From the NCBI RefSeq assembly GCF_964213995.1, contig NW_027590172.1, forward strand, positions 62,001-126,000: a stretch of DNA of 64,000 nt. Direction: 5' to 3'. A program made the translations under genes and the position numbers. Of this stretch, positions 1 through 12,487 are shown one piece after another; position 1 is the first letter of the stretch, and each line of letters begins with the position of its first letter. The stretch comes from Mustelus asterias (taxonomy: Eukaryota). Below the pieces are notes generated by a model. That model searched no databases, had not been told where the DNA came from, and saw only the letters and a program-made list of their open reading frames with translations.

Positions 1-911
<911 letters not shown>

Positions 912-1029
912 CGGCTCTGCTCTGATTCTGCTGTTGTTAATCAGATTCAGGACTGAACCTTGTTCATCACGACACTGGGGAAGTGTTGATGATGTTGCTG
1001 CTAACTACAGTAACTGGGCTGGAGCTGAT

Positions 1030-1260
1030 AGAACTTGCATTCATATAGCACCTTTCACAACCTCAGGACATCTCTGTGTACAGTCAGCCTCCACAAACAG
1101 CAATGTGGCAATGAGCAGTGATCTGTTTGCAGTGAGATTGGGAGAGGGGTAATACTGGTCTCACCAGGGTGAGCTCCCTGCCCTCCTTCCAAATAGAAGC
1201 CATGTGATCTTTCATCTCCGCCTGACAGAGCAGGTGGGGCCCTTGGTTTAACATCCTCAT
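1030..1260 (-). mobile_element. DeuSINE-like (SacSINE1/AmnSINE1-type) fragment
   Basis: Minus strand GATGTTAAACCAAGGGCCCCACCTGCTCTGTCAGGCGGAGATGAAAGATCACATGG resembles the Deu domain; tail GTGCTATATGAATGCAAGTTCT. Confidence 0.6.
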
Positions 1261-1980
1261 ATTAGTGAAGTGAAGAGCCTTAATTCTGAGACAATTGAAG
1301 AATAAGCAATTAAACAATAGTTGTACTTGTCAGACTGGTAATATAACCTGTAACACAAAGGCTGTAATTGTTTATTATTATAAACAATATGATTTTAAGT
1401 ACACTGGTCATAAATCATGAGAACTGTCAAATTATGTTTTCCAGTCAATCTAGAAAGATAAGGTAGAGCTCACAAAACATTTATGGCTTTGACAAGTTAC
1501 GTTAAGTTGGGGAATGAATGGGACCTTACTCAAGTTGTCTAATTTATTGTACTCAGACATCAGGAGATGCCAGTAGGTGTCAGGGGCCAATCAGACAGTG
1601 AAGTTACTCAAATATAGTTCAACACTGAGGCTAATTTGAGCAAATGAGAGTTGAGGGGGTAAAAATAAAGGTTTTGAGTCGCCATTCTGTTAACATGTTA
1701 TCCACCTTGTCTGATTATCATTTTACGTCTTTGGCTGATCAACCGAGGAAAGTTTTGAGAAGTCTGTTTCATTGTGAAGGATAAGCTTTCTCCTTTCTGC
1801 CAATTACTGTTCATTCGAACTTTGTTTTTTATCTTTCTAACTTTTTAACCTTTTAATGGTTAATAAATCTTCTGATTTTACCAATTAAAATGTTCATTCT
1901 GGCGAGATAGATAAATCTTAATTGAAAATTGGGGATTTATTGCAAACAACCTCTACCCGATAAATCAACTTCAAAGTGCA

Positions 1981-2082
1981 AATGCTCCCCTGGATTTGGT
2001 GTCTCGGTGGAAGTGGTCCCTGGATTTTGTGTTTCTGTGTAAATGGTCCTTGGACTTGGTGTCTCAGTACAAGTGGGCCCCG
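1981..2082. repeat. ~30-bp degenerate minisatellite, ~3.5 copies
   Basis: Units resembling AAGTGGTCCCTGGATTTGGTGTCTC... Confidence 0.7.
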
Positions 2083-4209
2083 CACTGCTTTCAGTCCAAC
2101 TGTCTATATTCCATCTTTCATTGATTCAATGTAATGGAAACTGGGAGTTGGAACCTGTCAGCATTTGAAAGATATTCACAAATAATTGGAGGATTTCTTA
2201 CATTTTGGGATCTTTCTCTGTTCTGTCCTCTCGAGGTGTTAGATAACAGACTTCACCCTGTGAATATCCAGCTGGAGTATTGGGCCCAATGTGTTTCCTT
2301 GTTTATATTGTTGACTCTAAATATTGAATCTTGTGGTTTCAGACGTCAGATAATCAAACTCCCAACAACAGATTGTCTTTTACTGACTTTATTAACAGCA
2401 CTGCAATAATAGACAGAATATAGTTACTTGTTCTGGAGAACAGAGATAATATCATAGATTCAGAGCTCTCTATCCTGAGCAAGCCATTCAGTTGTGACAA
2501 ATTGCTACAGAAAAGTCAATGAAAAAACTACACAGATCAGCCCACATTGACCGAGGTTCCAGAAATGACAACAGCACACTGTTCCCAAGACAATCCTGCA
2601 AAGATTTCCTGGCTAACAGCTGGGGGCTTGTGCCAAATTTAGCAGAGATTTTCTGTAAGACCTGGATTCACCTCAACTTAAATATAAGACTTAACGTCAA
2701 TTATAATTGTTGGACTCAGTTGGGAGATCTGATTTAAAAGGGACTTTCATTTTTAACTAGCTACAGGACCAAACTTAGTACAAATATTGTTCCAAGCTTT
2801 ACAGAATTTACTAAGTTAATCACATAAGTACAAAATGCAAAACTTAATAAAGGCAGTGGAAGCAGTCAGTTCACTTTGTAACGCTGGCGCACAACTTCCA
2901 GCCGACTGCAGCACTGTCTCTTGTCCTGTTGATTGTTGTCTACCTTCTTCCTGCTCAGCTTCTCTGAGCTGTGAACTTGGCAGCTGAAAGCTGATGGTTA
3001 TTAACCCTTTCTAGACACAGCCCCTGTGCACGATCAATGGTGTTCCTGAACTCTGGTTCACCATGATCAGTCCCTGATGGATGTCGGTGGTGTGTAATCA
3101 GTTTCTGATTGGTTTCTTCATGGTGATGGTCATCTACTGACCATTTCCTGCAATCTCCCGACTGGCCCTCTAATGTATCAGTTACTTTCGGAGTCTGCCC
3201 CACGTTATAACCTTTCCTGTCATTTCATTAAATTTTATGGCTTTGTACTGAGATAATGGGGGGCGTGAAGATATCTTCTTTGTCACTTATTTGAAATAAG
3301 TAAATTTATGGTGTCAAATCCCAATGGTTAACATTTGGACCAAAATGTCTAATTGATGTGTAGGAATCCTGTAGAGTTCTCATTGGGGCAGGTGACTCTC
3401 AGTATATTTTGGTTAAAGAAAGTGCTTGCTGGTTTTTGTAGTGGTTGCCAGAGCTTGGAACACAGTTAATTAAAAGGACACAAAGTGACACACAGCCTTA
3501 AACTAATACAGAAATTACAAAGTTACTTCAGATCTGAAATCCAAAGAATGTGGGCATCAAATCAGTGTGTAAAAGGTGAGATAGCAAGAAACACATAAAT
3601 ACAGCATGATACATTCAATTGATAAATGTTCAACACTAATGAGTCAGAATAACTACTGCGCTACGAAAATTAAACTGAAACCTTTAATTTTTCAAACCAA
3701 TGATGGTTATATAGTGTGAAGGAAAGTGATTGCTTCTTTTAAGATATTACAAGTTAAAAGTTTAAACTAATTTACGACAGTGCTGAAGGTTTGAAACTTC
3801 ACAGCTGGTTTCTTCACACAATATGGCCTCTAATTCAAGTATAACTGTTATTATCAATGGCTGAGGAGTTAACAGTTCCAGACCTTAGCTCATCCAGAGT
3901 TGATGGGATCCACAGGACTCTGTAATTAAAGTATAAAAGTGTAGCTTTACACCGGCCTCGGGTCATGTGATGTATTTCACTTGTCAAATAAGGATGCAGT
4001 TACAGACAAAGCCAGTTACATGATACGAATATATTATAATTAAGCAGAATATCGTATCAGGTTAATTGATTAATAAGCTTCAATTACTTGATCATTACAC
4101 ATAACTAAGCTACAAACTATTAAACATGACCGTTCCTACAGTCAAACAGTCCAGTCAAGCAACAGGCTGACACAGTCATACTTTGAATCATATCTTACTG
4201 CCAATGTCT

Positions 4210-5350
4210 CACAGGAACAAGGAGCAGGATTCGGCTATTTGGCCCCTTGAGTCTGCTCCACCATTTAATCAGATCAGGGCTGATCTGATAGTAACCTTAA
4301 ATCTGCATCCTGCCGACCCCCAATAATCTATCACCCACTTGCTTGCCAAGAATCTATCTACATCTGCCTTAAAAATATTCAAAGATTTTGCTTCCACCGC
4401 CTTTTCAGAAGAGCGTTCCAGAGGTTCACGACCCTCTGAAAGAAAATATTTCACCTCATCTCCGTTTTAAATGTGCGAACCCTTATTTTTAAACAGGGAC
4501 CCCTAGCTCTCGATTCTCACACAAGAGGAAACATCCTCTCCACATCAACCTGTCAAGACCCTTCAGGATCTTCTATGTTTCGATCAAATTTATCTTACTC
4601 TTCTAAACTCCAGCAGACACAAACCTAGCCTGTCCAAGCTTTACCCATAATCCACACATTTCTGGCATTAGTCTGGTCAATTGACTGCTTCCAATGTATT
4701 TACATCCTTGCTTAAACAGGATGACCAATACTGTACACCGTACTCCAGATGTGGTCTCACTGGTGCTCTGGATAACTGAAGCATAACCTCCATATTTGTG
4801 TAATCAATTCCCCTCACAAATGAGAGCTTTCCTAATTACTTGCTTTTCCTGCTTACGAGCTTTTTGTGATTCATGCAAAGAACAGGAACAGGCCCTTCGG
4901 CCAACGCTGATCACATTGTCCTATCGAGACCAACCACTTATATCCCTCTATTCCCCGTCTGTTCATGTGTCTATCAAGATAAATCTTAAATGTCACTAAC
5001 GTATCTGCCTCAACCACCTCACTTGGCAGCGCATTCCAGGCCCCCACCACCCTCTGTGTAAAAACCTTCCCCGCACATCTCCACTGAACCTTTCCCCCTT
5101 ATCTTGAACTTGTGCCGCCTTGTAATTGTCATTTCTGCCCTGGGAAAAAGCTCCCAAGTGTTCACCCTATCCATGCCCCTCATAATTTTATAAACGTCTA
5201 TCAGGTCGCACCTCAGCCTCCATCTTTCCAGGGAGAACAATCCCAGTTTAATCAATCTCTAGAACACCCAGATCCCTCTGCATCTCAGAGCTCTACAATC
5301 TCTCACCATTTAGATAATCTGCTTCCCTTTTATTCTTCCTGCCAAAATGT
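4210..5350 (-). mobile_element. CR1-clade LINE 3' fragment with a second CR1 3' fragment nested at ~4877-5240
   Basis: ORFs 4269..4454 and 5019..5255 (LGLFSLERWRLRCDLIDVYKIMRG) match the CR1 ORF2 C-terminus; the outer element resumes at ~5262. Confidence 0.8.
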
Positions 5351-5444
5351 ACTGTCCTACCAGCAGTTCAGACCTGAGTAGGGGGAGCAGCACAGAGGTG
5401 TACAGTGCAAGTGAGTCATCCTGGGAGTCCTCAACTTGAAATTC

Positions 5445-5800
5445 TTTTTTATTCATTCGTGGGAAATGGGTATTGCTGGATGGCCAGCATTTATGGCCCA
5501 GTCCTTGTTGCCCTTGAACTGAGTGACTTGCGAGGTCATTTCAGAGGGAGTCACATGTAGGCCAGACCGGGTAAGGATAGCAGATTTCCTTCACTAAAGG
5601 GCATTAGTGAACCTGATGGGTTTTTTACGATAATCAACAATGGTTTTATGGTCATCAATAAATTCTTAATTCCAGATTTGTTTTATTGAATTCAAATTCC
5701 ACCAACTGATGTGGCAGGATTCGAAGCCCGGTCCCCAAATCATTAGCTGAGTTTCTGGATTAATAGTTCAGCAATAATACCACCAGTCATCACCTTCCCT
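5445..5800 (-). mobile_element. tRNA-derived SINE, same family as 37786-38135
   Basis: Reverse-complement similarity to 37786-38135 (GGTTCACTAATG..AGGAAATCTG..GGCCTACATGTGACTCC core); B-box-like GCTTCGAATCC. Confidence 0.7.
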
Positions 5801-5879
5801 AGTTCAAGATGGAGTGTAGGAGAACAAGTCAGGAGCAGCACTGGGCACCCTAAAACTGAGATTCCAACCTGGTGACTCT

Positions 5880-6175
5880 GTAACATGGGACTATAAGCAT
5901 GCTAAACAGCAGAAGCAGCATGTTCCAGGCAGGGCCAAGCGATCCCACAAACAACGGATCAGATCAAAGCTGCAGTCCCCCCACATCCAGTCGTGAATGG
6001 TGGTGGACAAGAGAAAGCTCCACAAACATCACCGTCCTCAATGACTGGGGAAAGAAGTGGATCAGTGCAAACAACTGTGATTTGTGTTTGGTGATCGCGG
6101 ATGTGTTACTGATGCCTTCCATGGATTCCAAGGCCAGGAAAAGCACTCTGGAAGGTGTGGGGAGCTGGGACTTGT
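5880..6175 (+). mobile_element. Degenerate non-LTR retrotransposon ORF2 fragment
   Basis: Another frame reads IRSKLQSPHIQS/SREWWWT..NITVLND, typical of CR1-group LINE linker regions. Confidence 0.45.
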
Positions 6176-6425
6176 CCAGGAGAGTAACAAGGTATGAAAA
6201 CTGAAATAATCCAGAGTTAGAAAGGAGAAAAGGCCACAAAAATGCAGCAATTAGTAACAAGACATTGATTAATCTTTTCTTGTCCTGGAGAAATGAAGGT
6301 CCCAGCTTTGTGTCTTAAACAATATTAGTTAATTTGACATTTATCCGGAGTAATAAACTCCAGCCCAGTTATAGCAATCACAAACATCAGCGAAAACACA
6401 CCCCAACTGTCAGAATGAACATTGT

Positions 6426-7487
6426 TCAATCCTGGATGTGATTAACAGCAGCAATAACAGCAGAATCCAATTCCTCCAGACACTTGTCAATTTGCTGGTG
6501 TGTTAGAAGGTGGGTTGACTGAGTGAATCCCATCTCACACTCAGAGAAGGTGAACGGTCTCTCTTCATTGTGAGTGTGTTGATGTCTCAGCAGGTGGGAT
6601 GAGTGAGAAAATCCCATTCTGCACTCAGAGCAAGTGAACGGTTTCTCCCCGGTGTGAATGTGCTGGTGTGTTCGCATGTTGGATGAGCAAGTGAATCCCT
6701 CTCCACAGTCAGAGCAGGTGAACGGTCTCTCCCCAGTGTGAACTTGCTGGTGTTTCAGCAGAATACTTGAGGTCTTAAAGCTCTTCTCACATTCAGAACA
6801 TCTGAAAGGTTTCTTATCCGAGTGAACAAGTTGGTGTGATCTGAGGCTGGTTAAATAAATGAATCCTTTTCCACACAAGGAGCAGGTGAATGACCTCTTC
6901 CCAGTGTGAACTCGCTGGTGTTTCTGGAGGCTGGATAACAGAGTGAATCCCTTCCCACACACTGTACATCTGAATGGCCTCTCCTCATTGTGAACTCGCT
7001 GGTGTATCAGCAGATCACTTGTGGTTTTATAACTCTTCTCACATTCAGTACATTTGAAAGGTCTGTTATCAGTGTGAACCAGTCGGTGTGTAGCGAGGTG
7101 GGATGATCGTGTGAATCCCTTCCCACACACACAGCAGATGAATGGCCTCTCCCCAGTGTGAGTGCGTTCGTGTTCAATGAGGTTCTGTGATCGTTTAAAC
7201 AGCTTCCCACAATGAGAGCAACTGAACTGTCTCGCAATGTGAACAATCTGGTGCTTGACCAGGTCCTCAGAGCTTTTAGAGTTGTTATCACTGTCAGAGT
7301 GGCTAAAAAGCCTCTCTTCAATGTGAACTTGCTGGTGGGTCAGCAGGTGGGATGACTGAATGAATCCCTTCCCGCATACGGAGCAGGTGAATGGTCTCTC
7401 CCCAGTGTGACTGCGGCGATGTATTTCCAGCAGCGATGGGTAACTGAATCCCTTCCCACAGTCCCCACATTTCCATGGTTTCTCCAT
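6426..7487 (-). CDS. C2H2 ZNF protein, 10 canonical + 2 degenerate fingers, C-terminal tail CLEELDSAVIAAVNHIQD
   Basis: Open frame from MEKPWKC (ATG 7487) to TGA 6426. Finger 3 has lost its Cys pair; the last finger is degenerate. Confidence 0.85.
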   Translation of the reverse strand: MEKPWKCGDCGKGFSYPSLLEIHRRSHTGERPFTCSVCGKGFIQSSHLLTHQQVHIEERLFSHSDSDNNSKSSEDLVKHQIVHIARQFSCSHCGKLFKRSQNLIEHERTHTGERPFICCVCGKGFTRSSHLATHRLVHTDNRPFKCTECEKSYKTTSDLLIHQRVHNEERPFRCTVCGKGFTLLSSLQKHQRVHTGKRSFTCSLCGKGFIYLTSLRSHQLVHSDKKPFRCSECEKSFKTSSILLKHQQVHTGERPFTCSDCGEGFTCSSNMRTHQHIHTGEKPFTCSECRMGFSHSSHLLRHQHTHNEERPFTFSECEMGFTQSTHLLTHQQIDKCLEELDSAVIAAVNHIQD

Positions 7488-7564
7488 AGTGTAGGTGTCC
7501 TTGTGTCTCTCTAGGTTAAACAATCTGTTCAAGCCTTGTCCACACAAAGAACTTGTGTATTATT

Positions 7565-7690
7565 TCTCAGTAAGGGAATCAAGGGTCATGGGGATAAGGC
7601 TGGAAAGTGGAGTTCAGGATTATATCAGATCAGTGAATAGTGGAGCAGACTCAATGGGCCCAATGGCCTAATTCTGCTCCAAGATCTTCT
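7565..7690 (+). mobile_element. CR1-type LINE 3' tail inserted in the ZNF exon leader
   Basis: AAGGGAATCAAGGGTCATGGGG...GGAGCAGACTCAATGGGCCCAATGGCCTAATTCTGCTCC tail. Confidence 0.7.
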
Positions 7691-8552
7691 CATCCTTTGG
7701 CTCTCTGCTGTGAATAATGACACTTTTTTAAAATCAGGCTGTGTAACCGGTTAAAGCTCTTTCCACAGTCAGTTCACTGGAACACTCTCACTCGGGTGTG
7801 TGTGTGTCTCGGTGCTTTTCCAGTCACACTGATGTTTGAAATCTTTCCTCACCGCCAAAACAGAGAAACATTTCTCCTTCCACATTTAAAGGTCAATGAT
7901 ATTCAGGTTCTGATGAATTGAGTGACTCTATCAGATCTTGATGTGATGTTTGGTTTCAGTTTCCAATCTGTAATTCATCGCCCTCGTGGACCTTGTAAAA
8001 GACATTGGCAGAGTCAGTATCATTGTCAGCACAGGATAAAAAGTCATAACAGACAATTCTCATTTCCATGGAATATTCTTTTCTCTCTTGTTTCCGCAAT
8101 CTTGTGGTCCAATCAAACTTCCATCTCAACTAAACCAGAACTTTGTTTCCAGTGTCTATGAGACACTCTGTACCCTGAGTTGTGGAAGATATCGAGTGTT
8201 GCAGTCGACACTGCACGCTTCTTCTCCAGGACCACACGAGCATGGACAAGACCGTGGGAGAGAGGCCAACAACCTAGTTACCCCATGCTGATCTACAAAT
8301 CACTGTTTTAACCAGCCCCAAGAGAGCAGGTCCAGGAAAAGGTCCTCTGACCTCCCAAGCCTCCTCCACATGGGAAGCCAATGATTAGGAGCATGGGGCA
8401 GAATAGAAGTGTAACTAAAAGTGGAGAAGCAGCTCCTTCAGGGACTGCAACCTCTCACACTGAATATGTACATGGTTCATGGACTCCTGCAAACATCAGC
8501 TGCAGGCTGGGAGCGGGTGAAACTGTTTAGACACCTGTTGCCCAGTTTGCTG

Positions 8553-8820
8553 GGAGGCACAGTGACACAGTGGTTAGACCTGGCTTCAGTTCCCGGATTG
8601 GGTCACTGTCTGTGTAGAGTTTGCAGATTATCCCTGTGTCTGTGTGGCTTTCCTTCAGGTGCTCAGGTTTCCTCCCACAGTCCGAAAGATGTGCTGGTTA
8701 GGTGCACTGGCCATGCTAAATTCTCTCTCAGTGGACCCGAACAGGCGCCGGAGTGTGGCGACGAGGGGATTTTCACAGTAACTTCATTGTCGTGTCAATA
8801 TAAACCTACTTCTGACACGA
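8553..8820 (+). mobile_element. V-SINE, subfamily with GTGACACTAATAAATAAA-type tail
   Basis: tRNA-like head, V-domain GTCTGTGT..GGTTTCCTCCCACAGTCCGAAAGA, then CTAAATTCTC..CACAGTAACTTCATTG. Confidence 0.8.
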
Positions 8821-8929
8821 ATTGATCTTTCTCTACAGATTCATTATCCTGTCAATGTAAACCTACTTCTGACACGAAAGATCAATGTTAACTCTAATGT
8901 GCTGGAAACTAGGACCCGGTGGGAACTGT

Positions 8930-9270
8930 AAAATCTCAGCCCCGCCCTTACTATTGCGCAACGAAGACCCTGGCGCATGCGCCTCTCGCTGATCCAAGAT
9001 GGCGGCCGTTAACCTGGACTTGGGCCTCCGGGCGGAAAAAGATCCGGAGCTGCAAACACGGAAGCACAGAGTCTCAATCGGGGTTTGAGGCGTCCACCAG
9101 GTGTTTAGAAACTCTCCCTATCCAGAGCCGGCTCCATCGCTCCCTCAGAGTTTCCGCTGCCTTCCCCGTGGCAAAGAGACAAAAAGAGAGACTCACCCCA
9201 TCGCCATAACTGACGGTGCGCATGCGCCAGATCTGGTAATTCTGCGCCTGCGCGGTGCCTTCCTCAGGTG
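8930..9270. promoter_or_regulatory. CpG-rich bidirectional promoter of ZNF pair 1
   Basis: GC box at ~8941; NRF1 GCGCATGCGC at 8973-8982 and 9218-9227; YY1 CAAGATGGCGGC at 8995-9006; lies between divergent ZNF arrays. Confidence 0.75.
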
Positions 9271-9273
9271 TAA

Positions 9274-9613
9274 ATAGAAATCATAGAAACCCTACAGTGC
9301 AGAAGGAGGCCATTCGGCCCATCGAGTCTGCACCGACCACAATCCCACCCAGGCCCTATCCCCACATATTTACCCGCTAATCCCTCTAACCTACGCATCC
9401 CAGGACTCTAAGGGGCAATTTTTAACCTGGCCAATCAACCTAACCCGCACATCTTTGGACTGTGGGAGGAAACCGGAGCACCCGGAGGAAACCCACGCAG
9501 ACACGAGGAGAATGTGCAAACTCCACACAGACAGTGACCCGAGCTGGGAATTGAACCCGGGACCCTGGAGCTGTGAAGCAGCAGTGCTAACCACTGTGCT
9601 ACCGTGCCGCCCC
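9274..9613 (-). mobile_element. HE1-like V-SINE, full length, CR1/HER1 tail
   Basis: Head GGGGCGGCACGGTAGCACAGTGGTTAGCAC, V-domain, tail GGGCCGAATGGCCTCCTTCTGCACTGTAGGG..CTATGATTTCTAT. Confidence 0.9.
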
Positions 9614-9784
9614 ATAGGGGACATTCACCACCGCGGCGAATGCTGGGTAAACCCTCCGTCATTGAAAGTCGTTATTGTTGACTGGTGATCTTTTTGCTGT
9701 GATGTGGAGATTGGGAGGAGGGTCGGAAAAGCTGTGCACAGATCCTTCATTCATCAGAAAGAACAGAAGTGGGAACTGGTGGAT

Positions 9785-10670
9785 AATTTTGATTTATTGT
9801 CACATGTTATGGTTTACAGTGAAAATTATTATTTCTTGTGCACTGTACAGACAAAGCATTCCATTCATAGAGCAGATAGGAGAGAAGGAAAGAAAAGGGT
9901 GCAGAATGCAGTGTTACAGTCATATCTAGGGTGTAGCAAAAGATCAACTTAATATAAGGCAGCTCCATTCAAAATTCTGATGGCAGTAGGGAGTAAGCTG
10001 TTTTTGAGTCAGTTGGTACCTGATCTCAGACTTTTGTATCCTTTTTCCCAATGGAAGAAGGTGGAAGAGAGTATGTCTGGAAACATAGAAACCCTACAGT
10101 GCAGAAGGAGGCCATTCGGCCCATCGAGTCTGCACCGACCACAATCCCACCCAGGCCCTACCCCCACATATTTTACCCGCTAATCCCTCTAACCTACGCA
10201 TCCCAGGACTCTAAGGGACAATTTTTAACCTGGCCAATCAACCTAACCCGCACATTTGGAGTGTGTGGGGTTCTTATTTGATTTGATTTATTATTGTCAC
10301 ATATATTAGTGCACAGTGAAAAACATTATTCCTTGTGCACTATACAGACAAAGCATACTGTACATAGGGAAGGAAAGGAGAGAGTGCAGAATGTAGTATT
10401 ACAGTCACAGTTGGGCTGTAGAGGAAGATCAAATTAATAAGAAGTAGGTCTATTCAAAAGTCTGATGGCAGCAGGGAAGAAGGTGTTCTTGAATCGGTTG
10501 GTACATGATCTCAGACTTTTGTACCTTTTTCTTGGCAGAAGAAGGTTGAAGAGAGTATGTCCGGGGTGTGTGACATTCTCGATTATGTTGGCTGCTTTTC
10601 CGAGGCAGCGGGAAGTGTAGATGGAGACAATGGATGGGAGGCTAGTTTGTGTAATGGACTGGGCAAATTC
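9785..10670 (-). mobile_element. Two Rex1/Babar-type LINE 3' fragments (9785-10080, 10277-10670) separated by an HE1 3' half (10085-10260)
   Basis: ORF 10434..10697 (LPSIVSIYTSRCLGKAANII..HPGHTLFNLL..RFKNTFFPAAIRLLN); tail TGTGACAATAATAAATCAAATC. Confidence 0.75.
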
Positions 10671-10829
10671 CCCAAAGTTTTCCACAAACAACAACAAAAT
10701 CCAACCACTTCAGTCAAATATAAACTCAGAAGCTGGTGTGACTGAGTGAAGTATTTATTTGAGTAACTGTCAGGATTGTTTTCTCATGGATATTCCAAGT
10801 CATTTTTAAAATTGTTCAATTGATTCTAG

Positions 10830-11090
10830 TCGTTGGCTAGACTAGCATTTATTGCCCATCCTTAATTGCCCTTGAAAAGGTGGTGGTGAGCTGCCTTCTT
10901 GAATCGCTGCAGTCTATGTGGCGTAGGTACATCCACAGTGTTATTAGGGAGGGAATTCCAGGATTTTGATCCAATGACAGTGAAGGAACAGTGACATATT
11001 TCCAAGTCAAGATGCTGAGTGGTTTGGAAGGGGACTTCCAGGTGATGGCTTTCCCATCTGTCCACTGTCCTTGTCCTCCTGGATTGCAGC
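10830..11090 (-). mobile_element. LINE 3' end sharing its tail with the 37786 SINE family
   Basis: SFTVIGSKSWNSLPN..LQRFKKAAHHHL; tail GCAATTAAGGATGGGCAATAAATGCT. Confidence 0.7.
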
Positions 11091-11458
11091 GGTCATTGGT
11101 TTTGTTTCCTTGTTTTCCTTTCATCTGTGGAATTTGCTACCCCAAAGTGCGGTGGATGCTGGGCAATGAGTAATTTAAGGAGGAGTTGGACAGATTTTTA
11201 ATTGGTTATGGGTTGAAAGGTTATGGGAGAAGGCAGGAAAATGGGGATGAGAAGCATATCAGCCATGATTGAATGGCGGAGCGGACTCAAGGGGCCGAAT
11301 GGCCTAATTCTGCTCCTATATCTTGTGAACGTATGAACTTGCAGGTTTCATACAGATTTGCAAATAAACAAAAAATTCTTTGGAAGTGGACATTACTGAC
11401 AAGACCCAGGTATCTGTAATGAATTACTATAATAACTGTAATGAATTTTATTACTATA

Positions 11459-11822
11459 AAATGTCACACTATTTGTAACTCCCACAGTTGCGTGGACCTG
11501 CAGAGTTTCACTGGCTGTCTTGTCTGGAGACAATACACATCTTTTTAGCCTGTCTTGATGCTCTCTCCACTCACATTGTTTCGTCTCTTAAAGACTTGAT
11601 TAGTTGTAAGTATTTGCATTCCAACCATTATTCATGTAAATTGAGTCTGTGTCTTTATAAGCTCTGTTTGTGAACAGAATTCCCACTCACCTGAAGAAGG
11701 GGCTAAGAGCTCCGAAAGCTTGTGTGGCTTTTGCTACCAAATAAACCTGTTGGACTTTAACCTGGTGTTGTTAAACTTCTTACTGTGTTTACCCCAGTCC
11801 AACGCCGGCATCTCCACATCAT
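11459..11822 (+). mobile_element. Penelope-like element pLTR fragment
   Basis: Near-identical to 47598-47920; homologous to the sequence downstream of the GIY-YIG ORF at 15820-16395; contains a hammerhead motif. Confidence 0.8.
11683..11727 (+). ncRNA. Minimal type I hammerhead ribozyme
   Basis: CAC-CTGAAGA-A-GGGGC(TAAGA)GCTCC-GAAA-GCT-T-GTG: conserved core, stem I CAC/GTG, stem II GGGGC/GCTCC, palindromic AGCT stem III. Confidence 0.75.
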
Positions 11823-12487
11823 GAATTACTATCACAGACTATTACTATCATATGTTACCAATCACCAATTGTCCTTTGTGATGGTGATAGTTGGCCTTCT
11901 TCTTGAACCTCTGCAGTCCGTAGGTGCTCCCACAATGCAAGAGTATTAGAATTTTAACCCAGTCACGTTGAAGGGACAGTGATATTTGTCCAAGTCAGGG
12001 AGTTGTGTGGTTTTCCCATGTCGCAGCTGCTCTGGTACTTCCAGGTGGGGAAGATTGTGGGTTTAGGAGATTCTGCCAAAATCCTGGTTGAGTTGCTGAT
12101 GTATAAAGTCTCTCTCCGTCACCCTCCTCCCGACCTCTCCCTCTTCACGCATAAAGGCTGGATTCTTGTTGTTGGCTCTGAAGAGGTGGAGGGTTCCTTT
12201 CCCTCAGTGCACTGGTAAACAGTTTGAGGCTTTGTCACAATCCAGCAGCTTTCATATCCAGTATTTCCTAGTCCCAATCCCACAATTTACCAGATTAGTT
12301 CAACTCAATTTCACATTTTGTCTTTGTATATTTATGGCTTGTCTCTCATGTTTCCCTCTTTCTGTTTTCAATTCATTTTTCAGGGGATTAGAAGGTGAGG
12401 AATTACAGAAAACTGTAAATCAAGGATCACATCAAGATCAGACAGAGCTTTGATTCATCAGGATCTAAACATCATCGGCCTTTGAAC

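Noticed and set aside
4021-4059. Short hairpin TGATACGA..TCGTATCA
   Set aside because: An 8-bp stem in AT-rich DNA is compatible with chance.
9391-9688. Recurrent ORFs such as MDCGRKPEHPEETHADT and GHCLCGVCTFS, and tRNA-like heads
   Set aside because: Translations of V-SINE sequence; the heads are SINE promoters, not complete tRNA genes.
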